IMG/VR virus record: IMGVR_UViG_2648501437_000025 | Length of the DNA: 38,438 bases | Direction: 5' to 3' (one strand) | From: a virus | Lineage: Duplodnaviria; Heunggongvirae; Uroviricota; Caudoviricetes | In this document: positions 19,556 through 27,148 of the stretch, piece after piece | Position numbering within the stretch: position 1 is the stretch's first letter | Layout: each line of letters opens with the position of its first letter | Made by a program: the position numbers and the translations under genes | Notes under the pieces: model-generated | Database searches by the model: none | What the model saw: the letters and a program-made list of their open reading frames with translations, nothing else | Told to the model about the DNA's origin: nothing

Positions 19556-20154
19556 TACGCAAACTCCAGCAGCTGCGCGGCCACATTTTCGACCTCCTCC
19601 GGAGAGGAAAACTTACGACACAGGATCCAGTTCCACAGTACGTTGAGTACTGCTTTATAAACCTGCTGAAACTCGGTTTCGTCCATATTCGCAAACGCGA
19701 TGGATTTCGCCCTGCGCCCACGGCTACCGTCCGGATAAAAATGCTCGGTGTAAAATCCGGCCTGAATGGTTACCCACTCGCGGAAAGCCTCAAACGACTT
19801 TAGCAATGCCGTATCCCGGGTTCTGCGTGTCGCAACGGTATTCAGATATTGCTCTGCGGCATCACTCAGGGCTGGAGTATGTTCCCGACCTACTGATTCG
19901 CACAGGTAATCAACGAAACCGGACACCAGTTCTCGTTCGCGAGGCGTGATCGCCCCACCGGCCGGAGTCCAGTAATCGAATCCCAATTGCAGGAGTTTGA
20001 AAAAACGCTTGTGGAATGCGTAGTTACGAACACGCTTAAAGTCAGCGTGTATCCACTCGCCTATTTTGATTTGATGCAGAAAATCGCAACTCTCCGGCGT
20101 CGCCGGGAGAAGTAATCCGGAAGAGGTTTGTTTGACCAGTTGTATATGCGCCAT
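19555..20154 (-). CDS. Nin-region protein (DUF1367-like)
   Basis: 199-aa ORF directly upstream of ybcO, one-nucleotide stop/start overlap; family from memory, low certainty. Confidence 0.4.
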   Translation of the reverse strand: MAHIQLVKQTSSGLLLPATPESCDFLHQIKIGEWIHADFKRVRNYAFHKRFFKLLQLGFDYWTPAGGAITPRERELVSGFVDYLCESVGREHTPALSDAAEQYLNTVATRRTRDTALLKSFEAFREWVTIQAGFYTEHFYPDGSRGRRAKSIAFANMDETEFQQVYKAVLNVLWNWILCRKFSSPEEVENVAAQLLEFA

Positions 20155-20225
20155 CGTAGTTCTCCGCTGGCGCAGTAGAATGGGTGTTCAGCCCGTTATG
20201 TAGTATATCAGAATTAATGCCAATA

Positions 20226-20477
20226 CTAACAGGATGCTCTGACTCGCAATTCATCCAGCAGTTTATCATTTCCCATAATGTCACTTACCCTCATCGGTAA
20301 AAAAATTGCCTTTCGACCATTACGATACATCATTGATTTTGGGGTTTCAGGGAAGTAATCCATTTCGACTATAACTGACAGGTCATCACGACGTATGACT
20401 GCGTATTTGCTACTAAATAGTTTCTTTATTTTTTCCACGATGCCTCCAGGTTTATAAGTACAAAAGGTTATATCCAC
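20226..20477 (-). CDS. Hypothetical 83-aa protein in an AT-rich segment
   Basis: ORF in a visibly AT-rich stretch between the Doc cassette terminator and the nin genes; no recognisable motif. Confidence 0.4.
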   Translation of the reverse strand: MDITFCTYKPGGIVEKIKKLFSSKYAVIRRDDLSVIVEMDYFPETPKSMMYRNGRKAIFLPMRVSDIMGNDKLLDELRVRASC

Positions 20478-20623
20478 ATAGAGACAAAAATATTAATCTG
20501 AAAAATATTTATTTCACGTCGTATATTTGATTGTTTAATGTGCAGGTACAATGACTTTTATTTTTGGCTGTGTATATAATCAAATATATGGTTATTTTTC
20601 ACCCTGCATATTCAGCACGCAAC

Positions 20624-20643
20624 AAAAAACCCGCCGAAGCGGG
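20624..20643 (-). terminator. Intrinsic terminator (cUUCGg-loop hairpin + U-run) after the Doc cassette
   Basis: Plus strand aaaaaa-cccgc-cgaa-gcggg; the same 22-nt element recurs at 21464. Confidence 0.6.
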
Positions 20644-20661
20644 TTTTCATTAGAAGCATCT

Positions 20662-21156
20662 TTAGTTTTGCTGTTCTATTTTAAGCTTGATAGTTTCATA
20701 CAAAACAATAGTTGCGCCTGTTTTACATAATTCCCGACTGTCATACGCACGAGACCAATAACACAACCAATTTTCAAGCTCTTCTCGTGTATAAATTTTA
20801 CAGGCCAGCCCCTCAGCCATCTCCACAACTTCATCGCCTGGTGCGGTTAATTCGTATCCATTTAACAATAAAAAAACCGCACCAGCCATCATTGCTGTGC
20901 GCTTGTTTGCATTGGCAAATGGATGATTCTGAATCAGACTTTCAATCAATACCGATGCCAGTACAAACATGTCGTTGGTTTGCTCATACCATCGAACCAT
21001 ACTGGGACGAGACTGAGAAGAACTTAAATTATCAACACTCAGCACACCAACAGGTTCATCTGGTGTTTGAAGCTCAATTAAAAGGCGATTAATTTCAGTA
21101 AGATCATCAACCGAAAGGTAGTGCACTCCTTCAACAATCTCAGCCATAGAGCACAA
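20662..21156 (-). CDS. doc: Doc-family toxin (Fic/Doc fold)
   Basis: Contains HPFANANKRTAMMAG, a variant of the Fic/Doc HxFx(D/N)(A/G)NKR active-site motif; preceded by a small partner ORF. Confidence 0.8.
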   Translation of the reverse strand: MCSMAEIVEGVHYLSVDDLTEINRLLIELQTPDEPVGVLSVDNLSSSQSRPSMVRWYEQTNDMFVLASVLIESLIQNHPFANANKRTAMMAGAVFLLLNGYELTAPGDEVVEMAEGLACKIYTREELENWLCYWSRAYDSRELCKTGATIVLYETIKLKIEQQN

Positions 21157-21167
21157 TACCCATCATT

Positions 21168-21344
21168 ACACTTTTGAAAGATCTTCCATTGCCTTCTCGT
21201 AACGAGAAAAACCGAAATCGAAAGCATTTTTCACCTGCTCACGATGAGTGCAATTTTCATCGATAGCCGGGCGCGGAGCTGCCACAACGCTTTTATCGCG
21301 AGGGGGAATAGTCAATCGCGGGTGTTTTTTTAGTGCGTAGCTCA
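21168..21344 (-). CDS. Putative antitoxin partner of Doc (58 aa, family not recognised)
   Basis: Small ORF (MSYALKKHPRLTIPPRDKSVVAAPRPAIDENCTHREQVKNAFDFGFSRYEKAMEDLSKV) with AAGGG RBS, ending just upstream of the Doc start; below the 60-aa track cutoff. Confidence 0.5.
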
Positions 21345-21463
21345 TTGGTGTACCCTTACTTCTCCGTCCTGTTCTTTAACAAAAATTAAGTCAATACAAA
21401 ATTAGTCAGGCTAATGTTGTTAGCATAGCCTAATACCAATCGTATTCACAACCACAGTACGTG

Positions 21464-21483
21464 AAAAAACCCGCCGAAGCGGG
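21464..21483 (-). terminator. Intrinsic terminator (cUUCGg-loop hairpin + U-run) at the 3' end of the hok locus
   Basis: Identical core to the 20624 element: aaaaaa-cccgc-cgaa-gcggg. Confidence 0.6.
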
Positions 21484-21553
21484 TTAAGTGCGGGTGCGTT
21501 GAGGATGCCTGACATATCAGAGGTGGCGGGAGATTACTCTCCCGCCCGGTCTC

Positions 21554-21709
21554 TTACTCCTCAGGTTCGTAAGCTGTGAAGACAGCGACCTCCGTCTGCC
21601 CGGTTCGGATTCGTACCTCGCAGAGGTCTTTCCTCGTTACCAGTGCCGTCACTATGACGGTTAAACAGATGACGATCAGGGCGACTAACATCGCCTTTTG
21701 CTGCTTCAT
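21554..21709 (-). CDS. hok: Hok/Gef-family type I toxin
   Basis: MKQQKAMLVALIVICLTVIVTALVTRKDLCEVRIRTGQTEVAVFTAYEPEE is near-identical to E. coli HokC/Gef as I remember it; AAGGAG RBS. Confidence 0.85.
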   Translation of the reverse strand: MKQQKAMLVALIVICLTVIVTALVTRKDLCEVRIRTGQTEVAVFTAYEPEE

Positions 21710-21766
21710 AGCCTGCATCTCCTTGACCTTTCGGTCCGTAAGAGGCAATCTATATGTGACGAGCAT
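21554..21766 (-). CDS. mok: Mok (in-frame N-terminally extended reading frame over hok)
   Basis: 70-aa ORF MLVTYRLPLTDRKVKEMQAMKQQ... matches the MokC-style extension; GAGG RBS upstream of the ATG at 21766. Confidence 0.6.
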   Translation of the reverse strand: MLVTYRLPLTDRKVKEMQAMKQQKAMLVALIVICLTVIVTALVTRKDLCEVRIRTGQTEVAVFTAYEPEE

Positions 21767-21806
21767 ATAGGGGCCTCACTTCGATTTATAGTCGGGTGGG
21801 GCTTTT
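21745..21806 (+). ncRNA. sok: Candidate Sok-like antisense RNA (approximate bounds)
   Basis: Plus-strand hairpin gcctcac...gtggggc followed by TTTT at 21773-21806, antisense to the mok translation-initiation region; 5' end not determined. Confidence 0.35.
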
Positions 21807-21949
21807 ATCTATCTGCCGTTGGTGTTCATGCCCGAGGCTGATAGCCTCAAGCACCCGCAGCAATTTTACTTAATTTCCCTTTAGTCAGAAATCATTTTTT
21901 AATCTATCTTGAAACAAGACTCAAATTCACAAATAAATTAAATATAAAA

Positions 21950-22852
21950 CTAAAACTCTATTTTTTGTGCCGGACGTGAGTTTAAAATCCAGCACTCCTG
22001 ATGTGTATGATGTATAGTTAGTAGATTGTCAAACTGAGATTTCTTAGCGTCAAATTCCATTTTATTTTTAAAGTCAACATTAAAATCTCCTGTTTCAATA
22101 GAGGCAAGAGCTTTGAGTCTATTGCATTCAGCATGCATATCAATTATATCGCTAAAACCTTCGCTTTTAATTCTTTTATTAACATAGTTCGTATAAATCC
22201 CTGCATGTTTATAAGAATCCATCACAGTGTATAATCCATCACCATCAATATCTGTAGGAGATGACATCCATTTAAAAACATGTAGAAGAAAAATATTTGC
22301 TGACCAAGGAAACACCACCCCATTAGCAAATGTTTCTGAAGTACCAGAACTAAGACTTTCATTAAGATTAGTCGCACCGATTAAGATCACATCGGTTTCA
22401 AACTCGTTCCGTTTACCAGCACCTACAAAATTAAAGGTCCCGGCATAGCATTGCCCAAGATAAACAACAGCATTTTTAAGATTTGGGGCTTCCTTCAAAG
22501 CCTTCAGTAATTGGCTTGGTGGGATAGGTTTCTGTGCATCAAGTCCATGAGGGCCACCATGACCAGTTACAAACATAACTATGTTATCATATGTATTATC
22601 ATTTAAGTCATTAAAAAAAACTGCTGATGGTTTTGACTTAAAAGGATATCTAGAAGCGAGTGCAAAAGCACCATCGTAATTCATTGAAGGGCTATCTATA
22701 TATATCGAAATATCATCTGGATTGATACCTGCCTTTTCGAGGCACATCACACCAAAGACTAAATCGACAACATGACGAAATTCCACTGCAGCTTTCGAAC
22801 AAGGCAAAAACATCACCCACCTTGTGCGTTCAGACCTAAGACTCATATACAT
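21950..22852 (-). CDS. Clan CD (legumain/caspase-like) cysteine peptidase-like protein
   Basis: Motifs NIVMFVTGHGGPHG and NAVVYLGQCYAG, 37 residues apart, follow the hydrophobic strand + His-Gly ... hydrophobic strand + Cys layout of legumain/caspase catalytic dyads; AT-rich gene; alternative start at 22813 with AAGGTGG RBS. Confidence 0.55.
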   Translation of the reverse strand: MYMSLRSERTRWVMFLPCSKAAVEFRHVVDLVFGVMCLEKAGINPDDISIYIDSPSMNYDGAFALASRYPFKSKPSAVFFNDLNDNTYDNIVMFVTGHGGPHGLDAQKPIPPSQLLKALKEAPNLKNAVVYLGQCYAGTFNFVGAGKRNEFETDVILIGATNLNESLSSGTSETFANGVVFPWSANIFLLHVFKWMSSPTDIDGDGLYTVMDSYKHAGIYTNYVNKRIKSEGFSDIIDMHAECNRLKALASIETGDFNVDFKNKMEFDAKKSQFDNLLTIHHTHQECWILNSRPAQKIEF

Positions 22853-22877
22853 CCTTGGTGGTTCGAAATGTACTTAA

Positions 22878-23174
22878 TTAAAGATTAAAATTATATCCAG
22901 AGAACACTGTATTACTGAGTGATGATGGTCTTGGTAAATCACTAAAATAAAACACTTCATCAATACTCAAGTGTTCGGTAATTTTTGTGGGCATAATCTG
23001 CCCTCGCTCATTCATGCCAAAGATATCATTACCGGTTTTTAGAAAAAATGTTATTTCCACGGTAATCCTGTAACTATTGGATTTGAAAAGCATCCATTGC
23101 CCAAGATTCACACACTCTTTTACTGCATCAGAGGTATCAGGCAACTCAGAAGATTGTAACCCCGTGAATTTCAT
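22878..23174 (-). CDS. Hypothetical 98-aa protein, first gene of the AT-rich island
   Basis: ORF with AAGGA RBS 8 nt upstream of the ATG at 23174; 25 nt upstream of the peptidase-like gene; no recognisable motif. Confidence 0.5.
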   Translation of the reverse strand: MKFTGLQSSELPDTSDAVKECVNLGQWMLFKSNSYRITVEITFFLKTGNDIFGMNERGQIMPTKITEHLSIDEVFYFSDLPRPSSLSNTVFSGYNFNL

Positions 23175-23302
23175 TTTCAGTCCTTATAGCTGCTTATGTA
23201 CTGAATTGCACTAAGCAACCTTTAATACCATTGCGACGAACAACAACCGTGTGATCGCTACCACGACCACACTGAAAATATAACTTTACATATTCATTAT
23301 CG

Positions 23303-23386
23303 TCAACCCCAGCGGCAAATCGAATACACCACCAGCGCCACCGCCATCGCAATTCCTACCGTAGTGAATGCCTCAGGCCAGGTCAT
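23303..23386 (-). CDS. 27-aa hydrophobic micro-ORF, translationally coupled
   Basis: MTWPEAFTTVGIAMAVALVVYSICRWG; ATG overlaps the stop of the upstream gene (ATGA) and is preceded by AGGAGGTGA at 5-nt spacing. Confidence 0.4.
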   Translation of the reverse strand: MTWPEAFTTVGIAMAVALVVYSICRWG

Positions 23387-23778
23387 TGATTCACCTCCTG
23401 CTCAATATTTTTCAGATCATTTTCCGCATACAGTATTGCTGTCCTGGCTGCTCGTAACCGGGCTTTGGCATTTTTCTCTTCACGTTCAAGTTTTGCCACA
23501 GCTTCACGAAGAGCATCCCGCTTTGCATAGAGTGATTTAATCTCAGTCACGATGTTTTCACCGTTTCTCGCACGGTCAAGAACAAGCTCGAACGGATCTA
23601 AAGCCAATCCACACCGTTTGCAGGTAATCGTACGATTCACTTCTGAAATTGTTGTACGGATATGCTGACAGCATTTTTGCTCGACACTTTTTTCGTCGGT
23701 TATCACAACGTTGAGGAGTCCTTCCTCCTCTGATTTTGGCTGCACCAGGGTGATAACATTGTCGCCTTCATTTTTCAT
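23383..23778 (-). CDS. Zinc-ribbon + coiled-coil protein (paralog A)
   Basis: CCQH...CKRCG...DPF followed by a charged coiled-coil (EREEKNAKARLRAA); shares this architecture with the ORF at 25529..25927. Confidence 0.5.
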   Translation of the reverse strand: MKNEGDNVITLVQPKSEEEGLLNVVITDEKSVEQKCCQHIRTTISEVNRTITCKRCGLALDPFELVLDRARNGENIVTEIKSLYAKRDALREAVAKLEREEKNAKARLRAARTAILYAENDLKNIEQEVNQ

Positions 23779-24290
23779 CAGTTCACCTCCTGCGGTGGTT
23801 CCGGTAGCGGCATCCAGTGAGTTGCCTGCTCAATACCATTACCCGGCTTAATCGTTGCTTCCCCTCGCCGGAATGTGCTTCCTGTATAGCGTGCGGAGCA
23901 TATTAGCGGTTCAACCAGAGAGCTATCGAAATTCACCGAAATAAGCACGTTCTGATTCTTTTCCGGCATTCGCTCACTACAGCTTATCCATGCATCCGGA
24001 GTTGCCGGCACTGGCTGGGCGGTGTAAAGTGGAACAACTCGCCCTCCCCATTGCTTAACACTACTCTCAGCGAACACTAAATGCTCAGTCCGATAATACC
24101 CAGGGGCATCAATATCTTTTCTTTCGCTATCCCACATGTAAACCACCGGCTCTGCTTCCAGCGATGCCAGTGCGATACGAAACACATTGGCAAGCAGGCT
24201 GTCTGAAGATTGGTTATCGTGCGCCGGGTCGCTCAGGAAACCAGTGATGAATGATTTAATCTCCGCTTTTTCTCTGGTAATAGTGGTCAT
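23778..24290 (-). CDS. DUF551-domain protein
   Basis: C-terminal segment WISCSERMPEKNQNVLISVN...THWMPLPEPP resembles the DUF551 signature from memory; start placed at ATG 24290 (MTTITREK...), 1 nt after the upstream stop. Confidence 0.6.
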   Translation of the reverse strand: MTTITREKAEIKSFITGFLSDPAHDNQSSDSLLANVFRIALASLEAEPVVYMWDSERKDIDAPGYYRTEHLVFAESSVKQWGGRVVPLYTAQPVPATPDAWISCSERMPEKNQNVLISVNFDSSLVEPLICSARYTGSTFRRGEATIKPGNGIEQATHWMPLPEPPQEVN

Positions 24291-24291
24291 T

Positions 24292-24510
24292 TCAGCTTTC
24301 CTTATATGGGTTGATTTTGTTGTGCAATGTGTTGAACGACGCCCATACCACGTCGTTATACAATTCAATAACTGGCTCAATTATTTTCCCGATTGCCCAG
24401 ACAAAAATTAGCGGGGATATCGGTATCATCAACACGATAAACAGAATGAGAAACAAAAATTCTGTCGCTCTACTTTTTCGCGGATATTCTTTTCTGAATA
24501 ATGTAGGCAC
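24292..24510 (-). CDS. Small membrane protein (72 aa)
   Basis: Hydrophobic core FLFLILFIVLMIPISPLIFVWAIG; stop immediately before the DUF551 start. Confidence 0.45.
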   Translation of the reverse strand: MPTLFRKEYPRKSRATEFLFLILFIVLMIPISPLIFVWAIGKIIEPVIELYNDVVWASFNTLHNKINPYKES

Positions 24511-24511
24511 A

Positions 24512-24727
24512 TCACTCTCCTTTGTTGCTTCTCAAAATTTTATGCCCTGGCGCAAAAGCACGCGTTTTGTCGACGCTTATTCGCCACCCATCTTTACGTG
24601 CCTCTTTTGCACTGCCAGCCCATGACGTACCGATATACTCACCAAAATCTGGCGACTGATATTTGCCATCCGTACACTGGCGGCAATCACAATAGAGATG
24701 CATGGTGTAACTTGCGGCAATACTCAT
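24512..24727 (-). CDS. Hypothetical Cys-rich 71-aa protein
   Basis: ORF with CDCRQC motif, packed in the nin operon. Confidence 0.4.
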   Translation of the reverse strand: MSIAASYTMHLYCDCRQCTDGKYQSPDFGEYIGTSWAGSAKEARKDGWRISVDKTRAFAPGHKILRSNKGE

Positions 24728-25087
24728 TCAGCCTCCTTTGATGCCTGTGTTTACAACCAGGCAGGCTTCCTTGAGTACCCAGTCAATAGCGTCTTTCCAT
24801 GCTCCGGTTTCAACTGGCGGATTCTCACGCCGTACCTGTTCATAAAAGCGCACAGCTTTAACCAGCCCTTCTGATGACACCGGGGCTGGCGGGGCCGTGA
24901 ATAACGCCTGAATTTCATAGTTCGGTCTGTCGTTACAATCTTCTTTTGTCGGGGCATATTTCCAGTCACCAAACCACGACTTACCCTGAGAGTCCGTAAC
25001 GCCTTTTTTCACGTAGCGATACCGCCATGCAACTGGTTTTGCCTGCCCTGCCGTTTCATGCCCTTCCTGATAATTAATCTCACTCAT
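24728..25087 (-). CDS. Hypothetical nin-region protein (119 aa)
   Basis: ORF with ATGA overlap to the upstream small ORF. Confidence 0.45.
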   Translation of the reverse strand: MSEINYQEGHETAGQAKPVAWRYRYVKKGVTDSQGKSWFGDWKYAPTKEDCNDRPNYEIQALFTAPPAPVSSEGLVKAVRFYEQVRRENPPVETGAWKDAIDWVLKEACLVVNTGIKGG

Positions 25088-25260
25088 TCATCGCCCCACT
25101 CATCACAATATGCTTCGACCGGAGTTTTTCCTGCTTCATAATCATCACGCCATGCTTCAGCATCAGCGGCACTTCCACCGCGTAACTCTGCATAATCCAT
25201 TAACAGTTCATGCCATTCTTCAAAACTGGCGTTATATTTAGTTGAACCAAAATCAGCCAT
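25084..25260 (-). CDS. Small acidic protein (58 aa)
   Basis: MADFGSTKYNASFEEWHELLMDYAELRGGSAADAEAWRDDYEAGKTPVEAYCDEWGDE from my translation; stop overlaps the next start; below the track cutoff. Confidence 0.4.
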   Translation of the reverse strand: MADFGSTKYNASFEEWHELLMDYAELRGGSAADAEAWRDDYEAGKTPVEAYCDEWGDE

Positions 25261-25435
25261 TTTGCTCTTCCTCTTCGTCTTTTATTTCGTGATATGAGTA
25301 ATTGCAGTAGTTAAAGAAAATTTCTTTTGCTTCGTCCTTTATTTCATCTGGTGTCGCATCATCATCCACTTCGAATACATCTTCAAAATCTCCACCAGCT
25401 ATTCCCGTTTCAATAATTATTTTGAACTTTCGCAT
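25253..25435 (-). CDS. Small highly acidic protein (60 aa)
   Basis: Asp/Glu-rich (FEVDDDATPDEIKDEAKE...KDEEEEQNG); a GC hairpin sits between a GGAGG element and its ATG. Confidence 0.45.
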   Translation of the reverse strand: MRKFKIIIETGIAGGDFEDVFEVDDDATPDEIKDEAKEIFFNYCNYSYHEIKDEEEEQNG

Positions 25436-25528
25436 TTCATTACCGCCCTTTCGGGCGGCCTCCTGATGTTCTGAGGGTGCAGAAATCCCTCCGGTTAAGG
25501 ATTAAATTTTTAACACTACTAAATTTAA

Positions 25529-25927
25529 TTATTCAGTTCTGGATTTTGTCGCTCTGCGTATCCGCGCTTTCGCGTTACGCTCAATCTGAATTAACTTTTC
25601 TATATTTTTCCGCCTTTCCTGTTCCTCCTGGCGCAATAGCCTTACATCATCTGCCAGTCTGGTTTCTCTTTTCGCCACTGAGAGCATCCAGTCAAACGGC
25701 TCCACAACTGCACCGCAGTTTTTACAGCGGACCTGACGCTCTTTTTCGTCAACCCGGACAGAAGCGTGATGGCAGTATGGTCTTTCCGATGGCTCATAAA
25801 GAAAATTAACCTGATTACGTGGGTCATCCTCTTTTACCGGAAATAAAACAATATTACTTAACTCATCTTCTGGATTTATTTCCACGTCACTCTCCTTTGA
25901 TGCGAATGCCAGCGACGCGTGGCACAT
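25529..25927 (-). CDS. Zinc-ribbon + coiled-coil protein (paralog B)
   Basis: YCHH...CKNCG...EPF then coiled-coil ERNAKARIRRA; start placed at ATG 25927 (track start 25966 is TTG). Confidence 0.5.
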   Translation of the reverse strand: MCHASLAFASKESDVEINPEDELSNIVLFPVKEDDPRNQVNFLYEPSERPYCHHASVRVDEKERQVRCKNCGAVVEPFDWMLSVAKRETRLADDVRLLRQEEQERRKNIEKLIQIERNAKARIRRATKSRTE

Positions 25928-26309
25928 TAACTTCCACAATGCGCACAGTTGGTTTGTACATCTCAATTGCTGTCAGCCAGTCAGCGCCAGTCATGCGCTT
26001 TTCTGCATCGCCATTAGTCCACTTAACCGGTACACCAATAGCCTTCATCGCGATTTCTATTTCCCCGGCAATGGCGCTTTTTCCACAACCAGTAAAACCA
26101 GAAACAACGACAAGAACTTCGCCTTTGGCTGGTTTTATTTCCCGTGCTTCCAGTTCTGCAATGCGCTTCTCTGCGGCTTCCAGCTCAACACGCAGCTTCC
26201 CTACCGTTAGCGCAATTTCCTCGTTCTCCTGATCGCGGCGTTTTATGTATTGCTGGTTTCTTTCCAGTTCATCCAGTAATGCCAGCACAACCTGAGGTGT
26301 GACCTTCAT
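25887..26309 (-). CDS. Hypothetical protein with P-loop-like GFTGCGKS segment
   Basis: Coiled-coil N-terminus, then VVVSGFTGCGKSAIAG; start uncertain (ATG 26309, or TTG 26426 per the track). Confidence 0.4.
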   Translation of the reverse strand: MKVTPQVVLALLDELERNQQYIKRRDQENEEIALTVGKLRVELEAAEKRIAELEAREIKPAKGEVLVVVSGFTGCGKSAIAGEIEIAMKAIGVPVKWTNGDAEKRMTGADWLTAIEMYKPTVRIVEVNVPRVAGIRIKGE

Positions 26310-26382
26310 ACGAAATGCCAGCAATTTTTGTGGTGTGGCTGCTATTTTTATTGCTTCTGCCGCCCCACGCAGTGCCTGATAG

Positions 26383-27126
26383 TCAATCTTGCTCACTGGT
26401 TGCCTCCTGGCAAAGTTGGGCGACAATATCGCGATATTTATTCAGCTCCCGCAGCGCGGCACATACTCGCTCCCATTTCCGGATATCACTTTTCGCCCGA
26501 CGCAGTTCGCGGTTTGCCTGTCGCAGCGATGGCAGAACCAGATTATCCACTCGCTTCTCAAGCGGCTGCACAATGCCCGCCACAGTTTCTGTTTTAATAT
26601 CTTCCTGTGTTGCAGCTTCCTGTACTGGTAACGCAACACATGCAGGCTGAGGAAAGGCTTTACCATCAGTTTCCGCTACCGATGCCGCTTTCGGCTCTGC
26701 TGGTAAATTACCGCCCGGCATGCAGTAACGAAATTTACCGTTCTGATTAACACGAATCAGACGACCTTTGCTGATTGCCATTGCCAGCGTTGAAGCCACT
26801 TTGCGTGATGTGGTGCCGAAAAACGTAGCCAGTTCATCCGCCGTTTGTGGGCCACGTTGTTCAATCGTCGCGGTTAAATCGCACTCTGAGATTTTCGCTA
26901 CTGTTGCCATGGTGGTTTCTTCCGGCAGCTCTGCCGGCGCTGGCTGTTCCTGCTGAACGTTGTTATCAGCCACGCGCCAGGTGTATACGCTTTTATCAAC
27001 GAAGCCAGCCTTTTTCAGTTCCCACAGCTCGTTCAGCACTTCTTCTCGACTGATATCAAGTCGCGTAGCCAGTTCTACCGACGTGGCTTTTCCCATCGCT
27101 TTCAGTGCGTCAAAAACGGTCTCCAT
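26383..27126 (-). CDS. Winged-helix DNA-binding protein (two WH-like segments)
   Basis: Repeated pattern of the [30 protein letters not shown] type; ATG 27126 with GGGAGGAAA RBS. Confidence 0.5.
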   Translation of the reverse strand: METVFDALKAMGKATSVELATRLDISREEVLNELWELKKAGFVDKSVYTWRVADNNVQQEQPAPAELPEETTMATVAKISECDLTATIEQRGPQTADELATFFGTTSRKVASTLAMAISKGRLIRVNQNGKFRYCMPGGNLPAEPKAASVAETDGKAFPQPACVALPVQEAATQEDIKTETVAGIVQPLEKRVDNLVLPSLRQANRELRRAKSDIRKWERVCAALRELNKYRDIVAQLCQEATSEQD

Positions 27127-27148
27127 TAAAATTTCCTCCCGGTAAAAA

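Noticed and set aside
19265-20154. RusA-type Holliday junction resolvase or NinG-like gene expected in nin regions
   Set aside because: None of the ORFs here shows features I can attribute to those families; only the YbcO-like Cys pattern was recognisable.
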